A stretch of 64,000 nt of DNA from a bacterium (lineage in GTDB: Bacteria > Hydrothermota > UBA3073 > JACQXS01 > JAGMCI01): NCBI GenBank assembly GCA_030018315.1, contig JASEGA010000006.1:1271-65270 (forward strand), read 5' to 3'. The position numbers and the translations under genes were made by a program. Of this stretch, positions 58,423 through 64,000 are shown piece by piece. Under the pieces are notes generated by a model that was given only the letters and a program-made list of their open reading frames with translations, had not been told where the DNA came from and did not search any database. Every line of letters starts with the position of its first letter. The first letter of the stretch is position 1.

Positions 58423-58877
58423 GTTGAGTATAATTTTATCATTGATGTAGCGCCCGATTTATCGGATTCAGTCTACCTCAATGATAAAGGGATAAAAGTA
58501 GCAGTTATAGAAAAACCTATAAAGCTCAGTGGTTCTGTAGGAGAGGAGGATGTTGTAGCAATCTTTGACTCTGGCTCCACATATTCTTGCATTAAGTTAG
58601 AATTGGCAAAGAGACTTGGGATAGTAGAACCTCTTCCTAAGCCTAAGGAGTTGGGCACAGATGGAAAAGGGAGAAAAGTAACCACAAAGAAGGCGGTAAG
58701 ACTTGATTTCGATCTCAACGGGTACACATTCAGTGATGAGTTTATGATTGTTCCAAAGCTTTCCGACCCTGTAATCATCTCGGAGCTAAGACACTGCAGG
58801 CGTGGAGAATGAAGCTCAATTTTGAGACAGAGGAGGTAATTATTGACCCAAGGGTGACAAAACTTAGGCTTTTGTAA
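58423..58877 (+). CDS. retropepsin-like (clan AA) aspartyl protease domain protein, frameshifted and without a canonical start
   Basis: …VAIFDSGSTYSCIKLELAKRLG… (D-S/T-G-S motif). The C-terminus ALQAWRMKLNFETEEVIIDP continues in another frame after ~58775. The track lists only 58603-58812. Confidence 0.45.
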
Positions 58878-58901
58878 ATGGGATAAGTTAGGGAGGATAA
58901 G

Positions 58902-59870
58902 ATGAAGAAGTATATTTTGGCTTTTATACTTTTGCTGTTAACTATTTTTGCACTTGCCTCGCCGAGTCAAGGCGGGGAGGCTAAAATTGGATACATTGAC
59001 TCTAAGCGTATTTTTGACGAATACAAAGGTAAGGATGAGCTTGCCCAAAAGATGCAAAAAGAACTTGATAGCTGGCAAAATGAAGCGATAAAGAGAAAGC
59101 AGGAAGTCCAAAACCTTATAAAGGAGTTTGATTCTCAGTTTCTTATGTTATCAGAAGAAGCAAGGGAGAGGAAGCGTAGAGTTATAGAACAAAAGCAAAG
59201 AGAGTATGAAGATTTTGTTCAAAGGATATGGGGACCTGATGGTGAGGCTCAAAAGCAGAACGAAAAGATTATGAAGCCATTTATTGACAAGGTGAACTCA
59301 ATATTACGAAAGATAGGTGAGGATGGTGATTATGCGATAATATTTGATGTTGCAAGTACTGGTGTTGTGTATGCAAAAGAAGGTATGGATTTATCGTCTC
59401 AGGTGATTGCTGAATTGAACCAAGAATATGCACCTACTGTGGCAGCAAAAGAGAAGGCTAATTTTTGCGTATTTAAGTTTAAAGAGCTAACAGCTGAAGC
59501 CAGAGATTATGGACACGGAACACAAGTGGCTCAGGTCTTGAAGGCAGGTTTAATTAAGACTGGTAAGTTTGAGGAGTCTAAGAAGCTACCCGATGCTTTG
59601 CGTGAAGCAAACATAGGTAAAAAGGAGGAAGATTTTACGCAGGAGGAGGCGGCAAGGGTTGGTAAATTAGCTATGGCAAAATTGGTAGTAATTGGTGAAG
59701 TGACGAGAGTAGGTGATAAAGTTGATATTACCTGTAAAGTTGTAAACCCAAACACAAGTGAAATAATAGCGCAAGAAATTGGGAGTAGTGTGAGTGGTGA
59801 GAGGGAAGATATTATAAATATGGTAGGTGAAGTACTGTCTAAGTTAGTTCCCAAAATATCATTGATGTAG
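58902..59870 (+). CDS. OmpH/Skp-like periplasmic chaperone with a ~150-aa C-terminal extension
   Basis: The N-terminal 170 aa are coiled-coil Skp-like (KIGYIDSKRIFDEYKG…). It lies between bamA and lpxD as in the canonical cluster. The extra C-terminal domain is of unknown function. Confidence 0.7.
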   Translation: MKKYILAFILLLLTIFALASPSQGGEAKIGYIDSKRIFDEYKGKDELAQKMQKELDSWQNEAIKRKQEVQNLIKEFDSQFLMLSEEARERKRRVIEQKQREYEDFVQRIWGPDGEAQKQNEKIMKPFIDKVNSILRKIGEDGDYAIIFDVASTGVVYAKEGMDLSSQVIAELNQEYAPTVAAKEKANFCVFKFKELTAEARDYGHGTQVAQVLKAGLIKTGKFEESKKLPDALREANIGKKEEDFTQEEAARVGKLAMAKLVVIGEVTRVGDKVDITCKVVNPNTSEIIAQEIGSSVSGEREDIINMVGEVLSKLVPKISLM

Positions 59871-59909
59871 ACAGAAATGTAGGGGCGGGGTAACCCCGCC
59901 CCTACAATG
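59859..59909 (+). repeat. E-family REP-like element, copy 2
   Basis: TCATTGATGTAGACAGAAATGTAGGGGCGGGGTAACCCCGCCCCTACAATG. It overlaps the skp-like stop (…ISLM*) and ends 2 nt before the lpxD ATG. Confidence 0.8.
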
Positions 59910-59911
59910 CT

Positions 59912-60910
59912 ATGAAATTAGCAGAGATTGCAAAACTTGTTACCGGTAAATTAAATGGTGACCCAGAGCTTGAAGTTAGTAGAATTGCAAGAATTGAGGA
60001 AGCTGAATCTGGTGATATAACTTGGTTCTCACATCCAAGGTATCGCAAATGGCTTAATAAAACACATGCCTCTTGTATAATTGTACCTAAAGGGATGAGT
60101 GGGGCATCAATTTCTACAATAGAACTAGAGAATCCATCTCTTGCAATTGCTAAGCTTTTACAAGAATTTTATCCTAAACCTATTCCACAAAAAGGTATAA
60201 GTAAACTTGTCCAAATTGATGCAACTGCTAAAATTGGTAAAGGAGTGAGTATAGGGGCATTTGTTTATATAGGTAAAGACTCTGTTGTTGGCAATAGGGT
60301 TACTATTTTCCCGCATGTATATATTGGTGACAATGTCGCAATTGGGGATGATACCCATATCTATCCAAATGTGACAATTGAGGACAATGTAGTTATTGGG
60401 AACAGGGTAATAATTTATTCAGGTGCTGTAATTGGGAGCGACGGTTTTGCTTATACGCGAGTGAAAGGGAAGCATGAGCGAATTCCTCATTGTGGTGGTG
60501 TTATCTTAGAGGATGATGTTGAGATAGGTGCATTATCAACTGTGGACAGGGCTGTTATTGGAAATACAATAATCAAAAAAGGGACAAAAATTGATAATTT
60601 AGTCCATATCGCACATAATGTTGTGATTGGTGAGCACTCTATAATTGTAGCACAAGTTGGGATTGCAGGTAGTACTCGGATTGGTAAAAATGTGACAATT
60701 GCGGGGCAGGCTGGTCTTACTGACCATTTAATAATTGGCGATAATGTAGTTATAGGAGCACAGGCAGGGGTGACAAAAGATGTCAGAAATGGGATGACTG
60801 TATCCGGCTATCCTGCCAGACCACATTTAGCGTCAAAAAAAGCGTACGGGTTATTGATAAAGCTACCGGAGTTATTTAAAAGAGTTAGAAGACTTGAACG
60901 AGGTCATTGA
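59912..60910 (+). CDS. lpxD: UDP-3-O-acylglucosamine N-acyltransferase
   Basis: N-terminal LpxD domain plus a left-handed beta-helix of hexapeptide repeats. Confidence 0.92.
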   Translation: MKLAEIAKLVTGKLNGDPELEVSRIARIEEAESGDITWFSHPRYRKWLNKTHASCIIVPKGMSGASISTIELENPSLAIAKLLQEFYPKPIPQKGISKLVQIDATAKIGKGVSIGAFVYIGKDSVVGNRVTIFPHVYIGDNVAIGDDTHIYPNVTIEDNVVIGNRVIIYSGAVIGSDGFAYTRVKGKHERIPHCGGVILEDDVEIGALSTVDRAVIGNTIIKKGTKIDNLVHIAHNVVIGEHSIIVAQVGIAGSTRIGKNVTIAGQAGLTDHLIIGDNVVIGAQAGVTKDVRNGMTVSGYPARPHLASKKAYGLLIKLPELFKRVRRLERGH

Positions 60911-60955
60911 TGTAAACAGAAATGTAGGGGCGGGGTTACCCTTGTCCCTACAATG
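60904..60955 (+). repeat. E-family REP-like element, copy 3 (diverged hairpin)
   Basis: TCATTGATGTAAACAGAAATGTAGGGGCGGGGTTACCCTTGTCCCTACAATG. It supplies the lpxD stop (GH*) and overlaps the lpxC start. Confidence 0.75.
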
Positions 60956-61786
60956 ATTATAATGCAGGCTACGATAAAAGAAACATTTTCAATAAAGGGG
61001 ATTGGGGTTCATACAGGTACTTATGCTAAAGTAACTATAAAACCGGCTCCTGTTGGAAATGGTATAACTTTTAATCACTCTAATGTGATTATACCGGCAA
61101 TAGTTGATAGAGTCAACAACACTGGGCATGGGGTGAGTTTAAAATTTGGGAGTTATGAGATAAGGACATGTGAGCATTTGTTATCTGCACTTTATGGGTC
61201 AGGTATAGACAATGCGATATGCGAGCTTGATGAGGTAGAACTGCCTGCACTTGATGGTAGTAGCTTAGAATTTGCGAAGCTTATAAGAGAAAAAGGAATA
61301 AAAAGCCAAAATGTGGAAGAGAAAAAGATCGAAATAAAGGAGCCTATATTACTAACTAAGGGAGACGCAGGTATATTTGCGATACCATACAAAGGATTTA
61401 GAGTCTCATTTATAATAGATTATCCGTATCAAGGGATTAGGACTCAGTATTGTAGTTTTGATATAACACCAGAAGTTTATTTTAATGAGATTGCACCTGC
61501 GCGTACTTATACATTTATGGGCTGGATAGGAGAGTTAAGAGAGAAAGGGCTTATTAAGGGCGGTAGTCTTGAGAATGCAATAGTGATTGATGAAAATGGG
61601 CCACTTAATCCGTTGAGGTTTAGTGACGAACCAGTTCGTCATAAGATACTTGACCTAATTGGGGACCTTGCCTTACTTGGTGCAAGACTAAAAGGCTGGG
61701 TTTTTGGGATAAAGTCAGGTCATGCTCTAAATATTGAACTTGTCCGCAGGATTCTGCGAATTAGGAGGCTCAAATATGGAATTTGA
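60953..61786 (+). CDS. lpxC: UDP-3-O-acyl-N-acetylglucosamine deacetylase
   Basis: GIGVHTG…, EHLLSAL, HAL motifs. Confidence 0.92.
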   Translation: MIIMQATIKETFSIKGIGVHTGTYAKVTIKPAPVGNGITFNHSNVIIPAIVDRVNNTGHGVSLKFGSYEIRTCEHLLSALYGSGIDNAICELDEVELPALDGSSLEFAKLIREKGIKSQNVEEKKIEIKEPILLTKGDAGIFAIPYKGFRVSFIIDYPYQGIRTQYCSFDITPEVYFNEIAPARTYTFMGWIGELREKGLIKGGSLENAIVIDENGPLNPLRFSDEPVRHKILDLIGDLALLGARLKGWVFGIKSGHALNIELVRRILRIRRLKYGI

Positions 61787-62207
61787 TATAAAGAAGATAC
61801 TTGAAATAATGCCGCATCGGTACCCAATGCTACTCGTTGATAGGATAGTTAAACTTGAGGATGACGAAGTTATAGGTGAGAAATGTGTTAGTATAAATGA
61901 GCCATTCTTTCAGGGCCATTTCCCTGGTCATCCAATTATGCCGGGTGTCCTGATTATTGAGGCTATGGGGCAGGTAGGCGGTTTTTTGCTACTAAAGAGG
62001 GTGAAAGATAAGAGTGATAAGGTAGTATATTTCTTAAAGATAGATAAAGTAAAATTCAGGAAGCCAGTTGTACCTGGGGATGTCTTGAGAAGTGAGCTTA
62101 AGTTGCTGAAATATAAAGGTGGTTTATGTGTGATGGCGGCTAAAGCCTATGTGGGTGATACACTTGTAGCAGAGGGTGAATTTACAGCTAAGGTAGTGGA
62201 GAAATGA
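61776..62207 (+). CDS. fabZ: 3-hydroxyacyl-ACP dehydratase FabZ
   Basis: MEFDIKKILEIMPHRYPMLLVDRI…GHFPGHPIMPGVLIIEAM. AGGAGG RBS upstream of the ATG at 61776 (the track start at 61734 is likely too long). Confidence 0.9.
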   Translation: MEFDIKKILEIMPHRYPMLLVDRIVKLEDDEVIGEKCVSINEPFFQGHFPGHPIMPGVLIIEAMGQVGGFLLLKRVKDKSDKVVYFLKIDKVKFRKPVVPGDVLRSELKLLKYKGGLCVMAAKAYVGDTLVAEGEFTAKVVEK

Positions 62208-62614
62208 CAAATAGCATTGATTCTGTAATCAGAGAATATCTCAAGAAGCGGAAAGAAGTAATTTTTGCTTACTTGTTTGGGTCATATGCTAAAGGCACCG
62301 TAAATAAGCTATCGGATATAGATATTGCCATTTTTGTAAACCCTAAACTTTGCAAAGAAATAAATTTTGGGTATAGAGCAAACTTGCTTGCAGAGCTGAT
62401 GACTTTGTTGCACACCAATAATTGTGACCTTGTAATTCTAAACTACGCCTCCCCTTTACTCTTGCATCAAGTAATAAGATATGGGAAGCGCATTTTCTCA
62501 AGGGATGAGAAAAAGAGAGTTGAGTTTGAAGTAAACTCTTTTAAGAAATATGTGGATACTAAAAAACTCCGTGATATACAAATGAAATATGTTTATGAAA
62601 GAATAGGTGTATGA
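62204..62614 (+). CDS. minimal nucleotidyltransferase (MntA-like antitoxin)
   Basis: YLFGSYAKGTVNKLSDIDIAIFV. Confidence 0.85.
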   Translation: MTNSIDSVIREYLKKRKEVIFAYLFGSYAKGTVNKLSDIDIAIFVNPKLCKEINFGYRANLLAELMTLLHTNNCDLVILNYASPLLLHQVIRYGKRIFSRDEKKRVEFEVNSFKKYVDTKKLRDIQMKYVYERIGV

Positions 62615-63026
62615 TTGACAAACCGTTAATAGAGAAGCATTTAAAAGAAATTGAAAAAAATGTATCTATTTTAAAGAGGTTTAGAAGGTATAAAAAGAAG
62701 AAATTATTGAGGATGAAGAACTGCTCTGGAAAATAAATTATGGACTTGTTATTACCATTCAGCATGTTTTAGATATAGGCAACCATATACTTGCAGCAGA
62801 AGGGAAAAATGAATTTGATGATTACATCACCCTTATAGATGTTCTTGGTAAATACGAGATAATACCTAAGGCTTTTGCTAAAAAGATACGAGGAATAGCT
62901 GGGTTTAGGAATATTTTAGTACACGAGTATCTTGAAGCAGATGTTAATGAAGTATACAAATGTTTGCAGAGCGGATTAGATGATTTTTTAGATTTTGTAA
63001 AGTATGTTAAACACTATCTGAAATAG
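62611..63026 (+). CDS. HepT/DUF86 HEPN toxin, with an apparent 1-bp frameshift in an A5 run (62692-62696)
   Basis: ATGA overlap with the MNT gene. N-terminal MIDKPLIEKHLKEIEKNVSILKRFRRYKK, then the +/-1 frame reads EEIIEDEELLWKINYGLVITIQHVLDIGNHILAAEG…IAGFRNILVHEY… (R-x4-HEY HepT motif). It is absent from the track because neither piece has an ATG-initiated ORF of 60 aa or more. Confidence 0.65.
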
Positions 63027-63045
63027 GGGGAGAAATGGCAGGTTT

Positions 63046-63328
63046 ATGGAGTCTTATATAGGTTGGGTGTATACTTATCGCACGGCAAAAAAGGAGGAGT
63101 ATCCCATTTGCTGTTCTCCCCGGTTTCTTCTTCGGAATATTTGCGCTTGTTTATTATTTAGCAGTGTCAGTAATTGTCCCACCACCTGTTCGTCCCTGGA
63201 TTGATGAAATTACAGGTAAGAAGAGCACAACTGAAAAACTTGAAGAACTTAAGAAATTATACGAAAAAGGGACACTGTCCGAAGAAGAATATAAAAAGGC
63301 AAAAGAAAAGGTTATTGAGCAAATGTGA
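63046..63328 (+). CDS. SHOCT-domain small membrane protein, with an apparent frameshift in an A6 run (63086-63091)
   Basis: ATG at 63046 (MESYIGWVYTYRTAKK) then a shift into …SIPFAVLPGFFFGIFALVYYLAVSVIVPPP (TM) …EKLEELKKLYEKGTLSEEEYKKAKEKVIEQM (SHOCT). Confidence 0.45.
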
Positions 63329-63404
63329 GTTGCTAAAATAGTAAGACACTGGTAGACACAAACTATAAGCTATAATAGAATGGAATAAAACTAAATGGGG
63401 ATAA

Positions 63405-63635
63405 ATGTTAGGAGCTATTCTTGGAGGTTTTACAATATTAGGAGTATTTCTTACACTTACTGCATGGATTAATGGAAGGAGTATTAAGAAATACATAGGG
63501 GAGAAACTGGACGAGGGATTTAAGAAGATAGACGAAGGATTTAAGAGGATTGATGATAGGACTGCAAAAATTGCTGAGCTTATAGTAGTAGAGGGGGAGA
63601 GGACAAAAGAACTTATAAAAGCTTTAAAAAGTTAA
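63405..63635 (+). CDS. small membrane protein with [16 protein letters not shown] internal repeats (hypothetical)
   Basis: 76 aa; an N-terminal TM helix and a charged repeat tail. Confidence 0.3.
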   Translation: MLGAILGGFTILGVFLTLTAWINGRSIKKYIGEKLDEGFKKIDEGFKRIDDRTAKIAELIVVEGERTKELIKALKS

Positions 63636-63666
63636 GAAAAAACAGCCTATGCAAGAGGGGATAAAA

Positions 63667-64000
63667 ATGGCAAAGTTAAATCCGTTTAAGATGGCGCAAG
63701 CGCAGTTTGATGAGGTTGCAGACCAGCTTAACCTATCAAATGATATTCGTGCCATCCTTAGAGAACCGTTAAGAGAATTTCACTTTAATATTCCCGTAAG
63801 AATGGATGATGGTTCTATTAAGGTTTTTCGTGGCTTTAGGGTTCAGCACAATGACGCCCGTGGTCCTTGTAAAGGAGGGATTAGATTCCATCCGGAAGAA
63901 ACAATTGATACAGTAAAAGCACTCGCTATGTGGATGACATGGAAGTGTGCAGTTGTTGACATACCGTTAGGTGGTGGTAAAGGTGGTGTAGTGGTTGACC
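63667..64000 (+). CDS. Glu/Leu/Phe/Val dehydrogenase (glutamate dehydrogenase), N-terminal part, continuing beyond the window
   Basis: [21 protein letters not shown]…[14 protein letters not shown]…[13 protein letters not shown]: GDH dimerisation-domain motifs including the catalytic Lys region. Confidence 0.85.
   Translation, partial: MAKLNPFKMAQAQFDEVADQLNLSNDIRAILREPLREFHFNIPVRMDDGSIKVFRGFRVQHNDARGPCKGGIRFHPEETIDTVKALAMWMTWKCAVVDIPLGGGKGGVVVD

Noticed and set aside
1-64000. Alternative genetic code, prompted by the in-frame TAG (22910) and TAA (45775)
   Set aside because: TAA, TAG and TGA each terminate multiple conserved genes at the expected C-termini (e.g. TGA after the ACAD …REILGK, TAG after T9SS CTDs), so the standard code 11 applies.
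1-64000. CRISPR arrays, rRNA or tRNA genes
   Set aside because: No regularly spaced direct repeats with unique spacers. No rRNA-like conserved blocks. The candidate GTTC..GAAC segments (e.g. 20375-20390) do not form a tRNA T-arm/acceptor geometry.

Overview
The window is a 64-kb AT-rich stretch from a Gram-negative (diderm) bacterium. Its features: T9SS C-terminal sorting domains, a BamA-Skp-LpxD-LpxC-FabZ cluster, Shine-Dalgarno sites, an archaeal-type HMG-CoA synthase/thiolase/DUF35 module, a split methylmalonyl-CoA mutase and a propionyl-CoA carboxylase. A member of the FCB superphylum is likely, possibly Cloacimonadota-like; this placement is tentative and inferred from gene content only. 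Content runs 5' to 3' as follows. (i) An acyl-CoA/propionate/mevalonate-type cluster carrying three HEPN-MNT toxin-antitoxin pairs and a deletion-bearing methylcrotonyl-CoA-carboxylase beta pseudogene. (ii) A Type III restriction-modification island. (iii) A sensor kinase plus sigma54-dependent regulator, an unusual Omp85 protein with a bactofilin-like N-terminus, and a BNR-repeat T9SS cargo. (iv) Three tandem acyl-CoA dehydrogenases plus EtfBA. (v) The envelope cluster MltG-BamA-Skp-LpxD-LpxC-FabZ, followed by a fourth MNT-HepT pair and a partial glutamate dehydrogenase. The most unusual signals are several families of miniature palindromic repeats. Some sit IN FRAME inside conserved enzyme genes: alanine dehydrogenase, methylmalonyl-CoA epimerase, MBL hydrolase, MCM and NtrC. 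One HEPN-MNT cassette is flanked by a 49-bp direct duplication of its host gene's 3' end. A recurring TTTTAGACT operator-like motif lies upstream of six genes in the metabolic cluster. A REP-like element supplies the stop codon and C-terminal SLM tripeptide of consecutive envelope genes. Many apparent frameshifts sit in homopolymer runs and are probably assembly errors rather than real pseudogenes. No rRNA, tRNA or CRISPR array was found.
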